A stretch of 64,000 nt of DNA from Heptranchias perlo (Eukaryota): assembly GCF_035084215.1 (NCBI RefSeq), contig NW_027139612.1:5890001-5954000 (forward strand). The letters are read 5' to 3'. The translations under genes were made by a program, and so were the position numbers. The number at the start of each line of letters is the position of its first letter. The first letter of the stretch is position 1. A model generated the notes under the pieces. That model ran no database searches. It had not been told where the DNA came from and worked only from the letters and a program-made list of their open reading frames with translations. This document shows, piece by piece, positions 29,028 through 39,546 of the stretch.

Positions 29028-29400
29028 CCCACAGAGATCCCGCAGTGACCCAGTGATCAAACAATTTCACAGTGATCCCAAAATATCCCAGTGATCCCAC
29101 AATGTCCCATTGATCCCACAGTCTCCCACAATGATCAGTGATCCCACTGTGTCCCAGTGATCCCACGGTGTCCCACAGTGATTCCACAATGACACAGTGA
29201 TCCCACAGTGACCAAGTGATCCAACTGTGAACCCATAGTGTCCCCCAGTGATCCCACAATGACCCAGTGATCCCACAGTGAATCAATGATCCGACAGTGG
29301 CCCAGTGATCACAGTGATCAATTGAGCTCTCAATGTCCCAAAGAGATTGCACAGTGAGCCAATGACCCCACAGTGCTCCCAGTGATCCCACAATAACCCA
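29028..29400. repeat. Degenerate ~20-bp minisatellite (CCCAGTGATCCCACARTGW-like, 9+11 bp subunits)
   Basis: Recurrent CAGTGATCCCACA words from 29028 to ~29400. Confidence 0.85.
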
Positions 29401-29412
29401 GACACAACTCAC

Positions 29413-29556
29413 GTGAGCCCCATTGGATGCAATCTGTGGTGAAGGCCTTGTTCAGTCCTCTCTGGAGAGAAAGCTTCTTTTCCAAGGGTTCCTCCTCCTC
29501 CCAAAATTTATCTTTCCACATCTTCATGTTACGGCATTTCCATAAAAAATACTCCA
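29413..29556 (-). CDS. Candidate internal coding exon (144 bp, phase 1/1) of an unidentified gene: (M)EYFLWKCRNMKMWKDKFWEEEEPLEKKLSLQRGLNKAFTTDCIQWGS
   Basis: Minus-strand acceptor (TC)n-CCAG ending at 29557 and donor GTGAGT at 29412-29407. Only one frame is open. Phase matches the 29860-29953 exon. Confidence 0.6.
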
Positions 29557-29559
29557 CTG

Positions 29560-29577
29560 GAGAGAGAGAGAGAGAGA
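29560..29577. repeat. (GA)n microsatellite; serves as the polypyrimidine tract of the minus-strand acceptor
   Basis: gagagagagagagagaga directly visible. Confidence 0.9.
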
Positions 29578-29859
29578 AATAAGGAATTTGTTAAAAACAA
29601 AGCAAGGGATTAAAAAGGCACAGCAAGAGCCCAGAGCTCCCTCACACTCACACTCACTCACATTCATTCCGTTCCACGGGCAATCTCTCAGCAAGCACCA
29701 TTGATATAATCCCCAGTTACAAAGCAGAGAATCTAAAGAGAAGAGAGGGAAGTTGGGAGAGAGAGAGAGAGAGACTCGGGACAGACTGAAGAGCGCATGT
29801 TGTTTCACTCTTTCTCTAATACAAGTTTTCAGGGTTTTCTCTCCTGCTTTGCCACTCAC

Positions 29860-29953
29860 TCATTCCCCCTAAAAGGTGTCGGTCTGACTCTCTGTCCTGG
29901 TCAATATTTGCAGCAGGGCCCAAACTGCCCCGAGTTCGTTTTCTCTTCTGTTC
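29860..29953 (-). CDS. Candidate internal coding exon (94 bp, phase 0/1): EQKRKRTRGSLGPAANIDQDRESDRHLLGGM
   Basis: Minus-strand acceptor TTCACCTTTTTGTCCCCTGTTCCAG ending at 29954 and donor GTGAGT at 29859-29854. The open frame joins in phase to exon 29413-29556 across a 303-bp GT-AG intron. Confidence 0.55.
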
Positions 29954-30312
29954 CTGGAACAGGGGACAAAAAGGTGAACGAACTTTCCCTTTGCTCTTTT
30001 CTCTTGTTTTAATTAGCAGTGGATAAAAAGCCTGTCGTTTGTGGTCAACGTTCAGTTTGTGGCTTTTTCCAATTAGCCAAAGAGTTCAAATAAATTCATG
30101 TCATTTAAAAGAGCCAAAGCAAAGAACTTGAAAAAAACAAATAGACAGCAAGATCCCTCACTCAGTTACAGGGACAATCTCTCAGCAGCATTCATTTACA
30201 CAGAAACAAAGCCCAGTTTATAAAGGAGATAAATGTAAAGAATGAGATGCAATCTTTATGGACATAACAACTTGTAACGTTATACATTACAGCAACTACT
30301 ACAACAACAACT

Positions 30313-30318
<6 letters not shown>

Positions 30319-30353
<35 letters not shown>
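30319..30353. repeat. (TA)n microsatellite
   Basis: Directly visible TA run. Confidence 0.9.
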
Positions 30354-30424
30354 TTACACATTACGACTACTACATGGCCCAGATAAGGATTGGGGGAGGG
30401 GGAAGATCTGAGAGGGAAATGGGA

Positions 30425-30499
30425 TCGACCTTTCAAAGAGCCAGAGCAGGCACGGTGGGCCGAATGGCCTCCTCTTGTGCTGTACCCACTATGATACTA
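30425..30499 (+). mobile_element. CR1-type LINE/SINE 3' tail fragment
   Basis: GGCACGGTGGGCCGAATGGCCTCCTCTTGTGCTGTA matches the tails at ~57445 and ~62595 that follow CR1 RT sequence in this window. Confidence 0.65.
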
Positions 30500-30532
30500 G
30501 GAACAACAACTTCAAAGTCTGGGACAGGGATC

Positions 30533-30850
30533 AAAATAGCCGCCTCGACGGCAGCCATCTTACTGAGGTGCAAGCTGGATATCATACTTGGGGGCAAGAT
30601 GGCCATCTTATTGGGGTCAAGGTGATCATGTTAAACCAAAGGCCGCACTGAAGATTAAACAAAATGGCTGCCCTGAATATTAAACAAAATGGCTGCCATG
30701 AACCTGAAACGAAATGGCCACCAGTGAGGCAGCCATCTTGCTGACGGGTAGGGTGGCCATCTGACTGAGGGACAAGGTGGTCATCTTGAAAAAAATGGCG
30801 GCCATGAAGTTTAATCAAAATAGCCGCATTGAACCTGAAGCAAAATTGGC
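30533..30850. promoter_or_regulatory. Cluster of ~10 YY1-like motifs (AAAATGGC / GCCATCTT) at roughly 20-25 bp spacing
   Basis: Motifs at ~30554, 30596-30609 (perfect palindrome AAGATGGCCATCTT), 30661, 30686, 30711, 30732, 30753 and 30792 (AAAATGGCGGCC). Function is inferred only. Confidence 0.35.
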
Positions 30851-31104
30851 ATCAGGAAGGGTGAGGGGCAAGGTGGAGCTTGTTGTGGTGAGAGGGACGG
30901 AGGGGGTGCATTTACTGTTCCTGTTAAATTACTGTTGCACGATAGTTAAAGATACAAACTGAGTGAGACTGGGACTAACTGGTGTTTAACGCAAAGACAG
31001 CGGTGCAGTGAGGGAATTAAACACCAAAACGTGAACTTCTGAAAAAACGGGATTAGCATTTGATTATTTGTCCGTAATGGTTAAGGAGAAGGAGAGACCA
31101 AAAA

Positions 31105-32003
31105 ACCGACAAGGGGATATAGACTGGCTGGGTGAGTGGGCGGAGATTTGGCAGATGCAATACAATATTGGAAAATGTGAGGTTATGCACTTTGGCAGGA
31201 AAAATCAGAGAGCAAGTTATTATCTTAATGGCGAGAAACCTGAACGTACTGCAGTACAAAGGGATCTGTGGGTCCTAGTGCAAGAAAATCAAAAAGTTAG
31301 CATGCAGGTGCAGCAGGTGAACAAGAAAGCCAACGGAATGTTGGCTTTTATTGCTGGGGGGATAGAATATAAAAACAGGGAGGTATTGCTGCAATTATAT
31401 AAGGTATTGGTGAGACCGCACCTGGAATACTGCATACAGTTTTGGTCTACATACTTAAGAAAAGACATACTTGCTCTTGAGGCAGTACAAAGAAGGTTCA
31501 CTCGGTTAATCCCGGGGATCAGGGGGCGGACATATGAGGAGAGATTGAGTAGATTGGGACCCTACTCATTGGAGTTCAGAAGAATGAGAGGCGATCTTGT
31601 TGAAACATATAAGATTGTGAAGGGGGTTGATCGGGTGGATGCGGTAAGGATGTTCCCGAGGATGGATGAATCGAGAACTAGGGGGCATAATCTTTGAATA
31701 AGGGGCTGCTCTTTCAAGACTGAGATGAGGCGAAACTTCTTTACTCAGAATGAAGTAGGTCTGTGAAATTTGCTGCCCCAGGAAGCTGTGGAAGCTACAT
31801 CATTAAATAAATTTAAAACAGAAACAGACAGTTTCCGAGAAGTAAAGGGAATTAGGGGTTACGGGGTGCGGGCAGGAAATTCTACATGAATTTATATTTG
31901 AGGATAGGATCAGATCAGCCATGATCTTATTGAATGGCGGAGCAGGCTCGAGGGGCCGATTGGCCTACTCCTGCTCCTATTTCTTATGTTCATATGTCCT
32001 TAT
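31105..32003 (+). mobile_element. 5'-truncated CR1 LINE: ORF2 C-terminus plus 3' UTR/tail
   Basis: ORF 31068-31697 has EWAEIWQMQYNIGKCEVMHFG, LYKVLVRPHLEYCIQFWS, LEAVQRRFTRLIPG and RRMRGDL, typical of CR1 ORF2. Ends in GGGCCGATTGGCCTACTCCTGCTCCTATTTCTTATG and a short tandem tail. Confidence 0.93.
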
Positions 32004-32316
32004 TAAAAGAACAGCCGCCCGAGCTTGAGGAAACAGCGAGAGCTCTGTCTGTCTGACTGACTGATGGAAGGCTCATTTGCTTGAAAGTGGGTGCGGTTTG
32101 ACGTGTGGTCACTCAAAGGCACTCCCTGCTGGTGAGCAGAGGCAAATGCTCGAGCAAAACAGCCGTTTTCGGGCAGACTCAAAAAGCTTCATGGTTGAAG
32201 AAAGAAAAGGAGGTCTCCTGTGTCTCAGCGCCAACATGTTAAGCTGTAGGCTGTCTGTAAAGTAAAGAAAACGACCTTGAGCTAATTTCTGCTTACTCCA
32301 AAAGCACGTTCGCTAG

Positions 32317-32396
32317 TTCCAACCAGAAACCTAAGGATGACTTTTATCTGTTAATTGTATGACAGTCCTCCGCTATACCAATTGACCGATCGAAGG
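32317..32396 (-). pseudogene. Intron-containing tRNA-Tyr remnant lacking the 3' acceptor strand (representative copy; one per unit, ~610 bp left of each tRNA-Ala)
   Basis: Minus strand CCTTCGATCGGTCAATTGGTATAGCGGAGGACTGTCA-[~21 nt]-ATCCTTAGGTTTCTGGTTGGAA aligns to vertebrate tRNA-Tyr(GTA) CCTTCGATAGCTCAGTTGGTAGAGCGGAGGACTGTAG-intron-ATCCTTAGGTCGCTGGTTCGAA. Confidence 0.85.
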
Positions 32397-32995
32397 GAAG
32401 CAGCAAAGATCGCTCTCTTTGGTAAATGTTCACTGTGCGCCTTATGAAAATCCCGGACTCGTGGAGTCACATGTGCATGACCGAGACTGACTCGTATCCT
32501 GCTCATACCGCAGCACTGTGGGAGTGTGAGCTGTTACTTTCTCTGCATACACTGGGCCAGTGGAGCAGTGGATATCGTGTCGAACGACAAATCAGATGAT
32601 TATCTGGTCAACTCCAACCTGACTGGATTGTTTTTGCAAACTGTCCATTATTTATGACTTTCAATAGCTTGCAAACTAACCTAATTGGCAATGCTGCCTG
32701 GCAGTCTTAACAGTAAGCGTGTTCTTAACACAGCAGGGAGTGCATTAGTTTTATTAACTTTGTAAATCCTGAGTTCAATCCACAGAAAAGATATCAGGAC
32801 CTGTGAAGCTTTTTTCCATGTTACACTTCATCTTTCCATCTTTGCTAAACACCAAAATCAAAAACTTTTGCTGACTGCAGCACACCTAAAGATTTGCTGC
32901 TCATTGATCTCGATTTATCGAAGCTGAGGATTGACGTGGGTTCTGGATTTGCTGAAAACTGACACCATTTTTGTTTCGGGACAATTCCCCAAGGT

Positions 32996-33001
32996 AAAAA
33001 A
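32996..33001 (-). terminator. Pol III terminator T6, 5 nt downstream of tRNA-Ala (repeated per unit; TTCTTTT variant in copies 4, 5, 8)
   Basis: Minus strand ...TCTCCA-CTCAC-TTTTTT. Confidence 0.8.
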
Positions 33002-33006
33002 GTGAG

Positions 33007-33079
33007 TGGAGAATGCGGGCATCGATCCCGCTACTTCTCGCATGCAAAGCGAGCGCTCTACCATTTGAGCTAATTCCCC
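33007..33079 (-). tRNA. trnA-TGC: tRNA-Ala(TGC), intact, copy 1
   Basis: GGGGAATTAGCTCAAATGGTAGAGCGCTCGCTTTGCATGCGAGAAGTAGCGGGATCGATGCCCGCATTCTCCA: full cloverleaf, G3:U70 identity pair, T6 terminator. Confidence 0.93.
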
Positions 33080-34282
33080 TACTTTGCGAGTCCACTTGCC
33101 CTTCACAATAGTCGCTTCACACTCGCCTCCAAACAGCGCCACGAATTGCCACCTCCCTGAATTTTTTCAATACTTTGTTCCAATCCGCGGTATCGAGTAT
33201 TCGCAAGTGAGCAACCGCAGAACGGGAAGGCACAGTAATCGTGAATGATGCCGAGAAGAGCCCGAGCCTGCGGAACGCAGACGAGGTCATCGGAAAAGAA
33301 CAGCAGCCCGAGCTTGAGGAAACAGCGAGAGCTCTGTCTGTCTGTCGGTCTGTCTGACTGATGGAAGGCTGATTTGCCTGAAAGTGAGTGCGGTTTGACG
33401 TGTTGTTATTCAAAGGTACGCCCTGCTGGTGAGCAGAGGCAAGTGCTCGAGCAAAACAGCCGTTTTCGGGCAGACACAAAAAGCTTTCAGGTTTAAGAAA
33501 GGAAAGGAGTTCTCCTGTGCCTCAGCGCCAACATGTTAAGCTTTTGGCTGTCTGTAAAGTAAAGAAAACGGCCTTGAGCTAATTTCTGCTTACTCCAAAA
33601 GCACGTTCGCTAGTTCGAACCAAAAACCGAAGGATGACTTTTATCTGATAATTGTATTGCAGTCGTCCGCTGTACGAAGGGAAGCAGCAGGATTGCTCTC
33701 TTTGGTAAATATTCACTGTGCGCCTTTTGACACTCCCGGACTCGTGGAGTCACGTGTGCATGACCGAGACTGACTCATTTCCTGCTCAGACCGCAACGCT
33801 GTGGCAGTGTGAGCTGCTACTTTCTCTGCACACCGTGCAGCAGTGGATATCGTGTCTAATGACAAATCAGAAGATTGTCTGGACAATTCCTAGCTGACTG
33901 GATTGTTTTTGACAACTGTCCATCACTTTATGACTTTAGATAGCTTGCAAACTAACCTAATTGGCAGTGCTGCCTGGCAGTTTCCACCGTTCGTGCGCTT
34001 TTCACACAGCAGGGAGTATATTAGTTTTATTAACTTTGTAAATCCTCAGTTCAATCCACAGAAAAGATATCAGGGCCTGTGATGCTTTTTTCCATGTCTC
34101 ACTTCATCTTTCCATCTTTGCTAAACACTAAAATCAAAAACTTTTGCTTACTGCAGCACACCAAAAGATTTACTGCTCCTTGCCCTCTCTTCATCGAAGC
34201 TGAGGATTGACGTGGGTTCTGGATTTGCTGAAAACTGACACCATTTTTGTTGCGGGACAATTCCCCAAGGTAAAAAAGTGAG

Positions 34283-34355
34283 TGGAAAATGCGGGCATCG
34301 ATCCCGCTACTTCTCGCATGCTAAGCGAGCGCTCTACCATTTGAGCTAATTCAGC
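34283..34355 (-). pseudogene. trnA-AGC: tRNA-Ala(AGC) copy 2, acceptor stem disrupted
   Basis: 5' GCTGAAT vs 3' ATTTTCC gives two mismatches and loses G3:U70. Confidence 0.8.
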
Positions 34356-35580
34356 TGCTTAGCGAGATCAATTGCCCTTCACAATAGTCGCTTCACACTC
34401 GCCTCCAAACAGCGCCACGAATTGCCACCTCCCTGAATTTTTTCAATGCTTTGTTCCAATCCGCGGTATCGAGTATTCGCAAGTGAGCAACCGCAGAACG
34501 GGAAGACACAGTAATCGTGAATGATGCCGAGAAGAGCCCGAGCCTGCGGAAGGCAGACGAGGTCATCGGAAAAGAACAGCAGCCCGAGCTTGAGGAAATA
34601 GCGAGAGCTCTGTCTGTCTGTCGGTCTGACTGACTGATGGAAGGCTGATTTGCCTGAAAGTGAGTGCGGTTTGACGTGTTGTTATTCAAAGGTACGCCCT
34701 GCTGGTGAGCAGAGGCAAGTGCTCGAGCAAAAAAGCCGGTTTCGGGCAGAGACAAAAAGATTTCAGGTTTCAGAAAGGAAAGGAGGTCTCCTGTGCCTCA
34801 GCGCCAACATGTTAAGCATTTGTCTGTCTGTAAAGTAAAGAAAACGGCCTTGAGCAAATTTCTGCTTACTCCAAAAGCACGTTCGCTAGTTCCAACCAGA
34901 AACCTAAGGATGACTTTTCTCTGTTAATTGTATTGCAGTCCTCCGCTGTACTAGCTGAACGATCGAAGGGAAGCAGCCAAGATTGCTCTCTTTGGTCAAT
35001 ATTCACTGTGCGCCTTTTGACACTCCCGGACTCGTGGAGTCACGTGTGCATGACCGAGACTGACTCATTTCCTGCTCAGACCGCAGCGCTGTGGCAGTAT
35101 GAGCTGCTACTTTCTCTGCACACCCGAGACCAGTGGAGCAGTGGATTTCGTGTCTAATGACAAATCAGAAGATTGTCTGGACAACTCCTACCTGACTGGA
35201 TTGTTTTTGCCAACTGTCCATTACTTTATGACTATAGATAGCTTGCAAACTTACCTTATTGGTAATGCTGCCTGGCAGTCTCCACCGTTCGTGCGCTTTT
35301 CACACAGCAAGGAGTGCATTAGTTTTATTAACTTTGTAAATCCTGAGTTCAATCCACAGAAAAGATATCAGGACCTGTGAAGCTTTTTTCCATGTCTCAC
35401 TTCATCTTTCCATCTTTGCTAAACACCAAAATCAAAACCTTTTGCTGACTGCAGCACACCTAAAGATTTGCTGCTCATTGATCTCGATTTATCGAAGCGG
35501 AGGATTGACGTGCGTTCTGGATTTGCTGAAAACTGACACCATTTTTGTTTCGGGACAATTCCCCAAGGTAAAAAAGTGAG

Positions 35581-35653
35581 TGGAGCATGCGGGCATCGAT
35601 TTCGCTATTTTTCGCATGCAAAGCGAGCGCTCTACCATTTGAGCTAATTCCCC
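35581..35653 (-). pseudogene. trnA-TGC: tRNA-Ala(TGC) copy 3, T-arm/B-box and stems damaged
   Basis: T-stem GCGAA/CCCGC, plus anticodon-stem and acceptor mismatches. Confidence 0.8.
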
Positions 35654-36877
35654 TACTTAGCAAGTCTACTTGCCCTTCACAATAGTCGCTTAACACTCGC
35701 CTCCAAACAACGCCACGAATTGCCACCTCCCTGAATTTTTTCAATACTTTGTTCCAATCCGCGGTATCGAGTATTCGCAAGTGAGCAACCGCAGAACGGG
35801 AAGGCACAGTAATCGTGAATGATGCCGAGAAGAGCCCGAGCCTGCGGAAGGCAGACGAGGTCATCGGAAAAGAACAGCAGCCCGAGCTTGAGGAAACAGC
35901 GAGAGCTCTGTCTGTCTGTCTGTCTGACTGACCGATCGAAGGCTGATTTGCCTGAAAGTGAGTGCGGTTTCACGTTTTGTTACTAAAGGCACTCCCTGCT
36001 GGTGAGCAGAGGCAAATGCTAGAGCAAAACAGCCGTTTTCGGGCAGACACAAAAAGCTTTCAGGTTTAAGAAAGGAAAGGAGGTCTCCTGTGCCTCAGCG
36101 CCAACATGTTCAGCTTTTGGCTGTCTGTAAAGTAAAGAAAACGGCCTTGAGCTAATTTCTGCTTACTCCAAAAGCACGTTCGCTAGTTCCAACCAGAAAC
36201 CTAAGGATGACTTTTCTCTGTTAATTGTATTGCAGTCCTCCGCTGTACTTGCTGAACGATCGAAGGGAAGCAGCCAAGATTGCTCTCTTTGGTCAATATT
36301 CACTGTGCGCCTTTTGACACTCCCGGACTCGTGGGGTCACGTGTGCATGACCGAGACTGACTCATTTCCTGCTCAGACCGCAGCGCTGTGGCAGTATGAG
36401 CTGCTACTTTCTCTGCACACCCGAGACCAGTGGAGCATTGGATTTCGTGTCTAATGACAAATCAGAAGATTGTCTGGACAACTCCTACCTGACTGGATTG
36501 TTTTTGCCAACTGTCCTTTACTTTATGACTATAGATAGCTTGCAAACTTACCTTATTGGTAATGCTGCCTGGCAGTCTCCACCGTTCGTGCGCTTTTCAC
36601 ACAGCAGGGAGTGCATTCGTTTTATTAACTTTTTAAATCCTGAGTTCAATCCACAGAAAAGATATCAGGACCTGTGAAGCTTTTTTCCATGTCTCACTTC
36701 ATCTTTCCATCTTTGCTAAACACCAAAATCAAAACCTTTTGCTGACTGCAGCACACCGAAAGATTTGCTGCTCATTGATCTCGATTTATCGAAGCTGAGG
36801 ATTGACGTGGGTTCTGGATTTGCTGAAAACTGACACCATTTTTGTTTCGGGACAATTCCCCAAGGAAAAGAAGTGAG

Positions 36878-36950
36878 TGAAGAATGTGGGCATCGATCCC
36901 GCTACTTCTCGCATGCAAAGCGAGCGCTCTACTATTTGAGCTAATTCCCC
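36878..36950 (-). tRNA. trnA-TGC: tRNA-Ala(TGC) copy 4, degenerate variant
   Basis: D-loop GG>AG, T-stem mismatch, acceptor C>T, weakened terminator. Confidence 0.7.
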
Positions 36951-38175
36951 TGCTTAGCGAGTCCACTTGCCCTTCACAATAGTCGCTTAACACTCGCCTC
37001 CAAACAGCGCCACGAATTGCCACCTCCCTGAATTTTTTCAATGCTTTGTTCCAATCCGCGGTATCGAGTATTCGCAAGTGAGCAACCGCAGAACGGGAAG
37101 ACACAGTAATCGTGAATGATGCCGAGAAGAGCCCGAGCCTGCGGAAGGCAGACGAGGTCATCGGAAAAGAACAGCAGCCCGAGCTTGAGGAAACAGCGAG
37201 AGCCCTGTCTGTCTGTCGGTCTGACTGACTGATGGAAGGCTGATTTGCCTGAAAGTGAGTGCGGTTTGACGTGTTGTTATTCAAAGGTACGCCCTGCTGG
37301 TGAGCAGAGGCAAGTGCTCGAGCAAAAAAGCCGTTTTCGGGCAGACACAAAAAGATTTCAGGTTTCAGAAAGGAAAGGAGGTCTCCTGTGCCTCAGCGCC
37401 AACATGTTAAGCTTTTGGCTGTCTGTAAAGTAAAGAAAACGGCCTTGAGCTAATTTCTGCTTACTCCAAAAGCACGTTCGCTAGTTCCAACCAGAAACCT
37501 AAGGATGACTTTTCTCTGTTAATTGTATTGCAGTCCTCCGCTGTACTAGCTGAACGATCGAAGGGAAGCAGCCAAGATTGCTCTCTTTGGTCAATATTCA
37601 CTGTGCGCCTTTTGACACTCCCGGACTCGTGGAGTCACGTGTGCATGACCGAGACTGACTCATTTCCTGCTCAGACCGCAGCGCTGTGGCAGTATGAGCT
37701 GCGACTTTCTCTGCACACCCGAGACCAGTGGAACAGTGGATTTCGTGTCTAATGACAAATCAGAAGATTGTCTGGACAACTCCTACCTGACTGGATTGTT
37801 TTTGCCAACTGTCCATTACTTTATGACTATAGATAGCTTGCAAACTTACCTTATTGGTAATGCTGCCTGGCAGTCTCCACCGTTCGTGCGCTTTTCACAC
37901 AGCAGGGAGTGCATTCGTTTTATTAACTTTTTAAATCCTGAGTTCAATCCACAGAAAAGATATCAGGACCTGTGAAGCTTTTTTCCATGTCTCACTTCAT
38001 CTTTCCATCTTTGCTAAACACCAAAATCAAAACCTTTTGCTGACTGCAGCACACCGAAAGATTTGCTGCTCATTGATCTCGATTTATCGAAGCTGAGGAT
38101 TGACGTGGGTTCTGGATTTGCTGAAAACTGACACCATTTTTGTTTCGGGACAATTCCCCAAGGAAAAGAAGTGAG

Positions 38176-38248
38176 TGAAGAATGTGGGCATCGATCCCGC
38201 TACTTCTCGCATGCAAAGCGAGCGCTCTACTATTTGAGCTAATTCCCC
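38176..38248 (-). tRNA. trnA-TGC: tRNA-Ala(TGC) copy 5, same variant as copy 4
   Basis: Same substitutions as copy 4. Confidence 0.7.
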
Positions 38249-39473
38249 TGCTTAGCGAGTCCACTTGCCCTTCACAATAGTCGCTTAACACTCGCCTCCA
38301 AACAGCGCCACGAATTGCCACCTCCCTGAATTTTTTCAATGCTTTGTTCCAATCCGCGGCATCGAGTATTCGCAAGTGAGCAACCGCAGAACGGGAAGAC
38401 ACAGTAATCGTGAATGATGCCGAGAAGAGCCCGAGCCTGCGGAAGGCAGACGAGGTCATCGGAAAAGAACAGCAGCCCGAGCTTGAGGAAACAGCGAGAG
38501 CCCTGTCTGTCTGTCGGTCTGACTGACTGATGGAAGGCTGATTTGCCTGAAAGTGAGTGCGGTTTGACGTGTTGTTATTCAAAGGTACGCCCTGCTGGTG
38601 AGCAGAGGCAAGTGCTCGAGCAAAAAAGCCGTTTTCGGGCAGACACAAAAAGATTTCAGGTTTCAGAAAGGAAAGGAGGTCTCCTGTGCCTCAGCGCCAA
38701 CATGTTAAGCTTTTGGCTGTCTGTAAAGTAAAGAAAACGGCCTTGAGCTAATTTCTGCTTACTCCAAAAGCACGTTCGCTAGTTCCAACCAGAAACCTAA
38801 GGATGACTTTTCTCTGTTAATTGTATTGCAGTCCTCCGCTGTACTAGCTGAACGATCGAAGGGAAGCAGCCAAGATTGCTCTCTTTGGTCAATATTCACT
38901 GTGCGCCTTTTGACACTCCCGGACTCGTGGAGTCACGTGTGCATGACCGAGACTGACTCATTTCCTGCTCAGACCGCAGCGCTGTGGCAGTATGAGCTGC
39001 TACTTTCTCTGCACACCCGAGACCAGTGGAACAGTGGATTTCGTGTCTAATGACAAATCAGAAGATTGTCTGGACAACTCCTACCTGACTGGATTGTTTT
39101 TGCCAACTGTCCATTACTTTATGACTATAGATAGCTTGCAAACTTACCTTATTGGTAATGCTGCCTGGCAGTCTCCACCGTTCGTGCGCTTTTCACACAG
39201 CAAGGAGTGCATTAGTTTTATTAACTTTGTAAATCCTGAGTTCAATCCACAGAAAAGATATCAGGACCAGTGAAGCTTTTTTCCATGTCTCACTTCATCT
39301 TTCCATCTTTGCTAAACACCAAAATCAAAACCTTTTGCTGACTGCAGCACACCTAAAGATTTGCTGCTCATTGATCTCGATTTATCGAAGCGGAGGATTG
39401 ACGTGCGTTCTGGATTTGCTGAAAACTGACACCATTTTTGTTTCGGGACAATTCCCCAAGGTAAAAAAGTGAG

Positions 39474-39546
39474 TGGAGAATGCGGGCATCGATCCGGCTA
39501 CTTCTCGCATGCAAAGCGAGCGCTCTACCATTTGAGCTAATTCCCC
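39474..39546 (-). tRNA. trnA-TGC: tRNA-Ala(TGC) copy 6, one T-stem mismatch
   Basis: T-stem GCCGG/CCCGC; otherwise as copy 1. Confidence 0.8.

Noticed and set aside
19985-29056. 3023-aa ORF and the other long His/Cys/Ala-rich ORFs in 1-29 kb
   Set aside because: The 30-mer has no stop in any frame, and no codon of the [10 protein letters not shown] frame is one substitution from a stop. ORFs switch peptide register at 1-bp indels, and the frame with stop-adjacent codons ([10 protein letters not shown]) gives the shortest ORFs, as expected for neutral DNA.
31068-31697. 209-aa ORF as a functional gene
   Set aside because: It is the C-terminal piece of a 5'-truncated CR1 ORF2 lacking the endonuclease and RT core.
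32983-33079. 8-bp direct repeat GGGGAATT at the tRNA-Ala 5' end and again after the terminator (possible TSD)
   Set aside because: One copy is part of the conserved tRNA itself, there is no CCA or poly(A) sign of retroposition, and the match is short enough to be chance.
34890-34969. Possible tRNA-Cys(GCA), or tRNA-Asp(GTC) in unit 1, from the anticodon reading of the second tRNA-like element
   Set aside because: Body and intron position are tRNA-Tyr, and the 3' acceptor strand is deleted, so it cannot fold into a chargeable tRNA.
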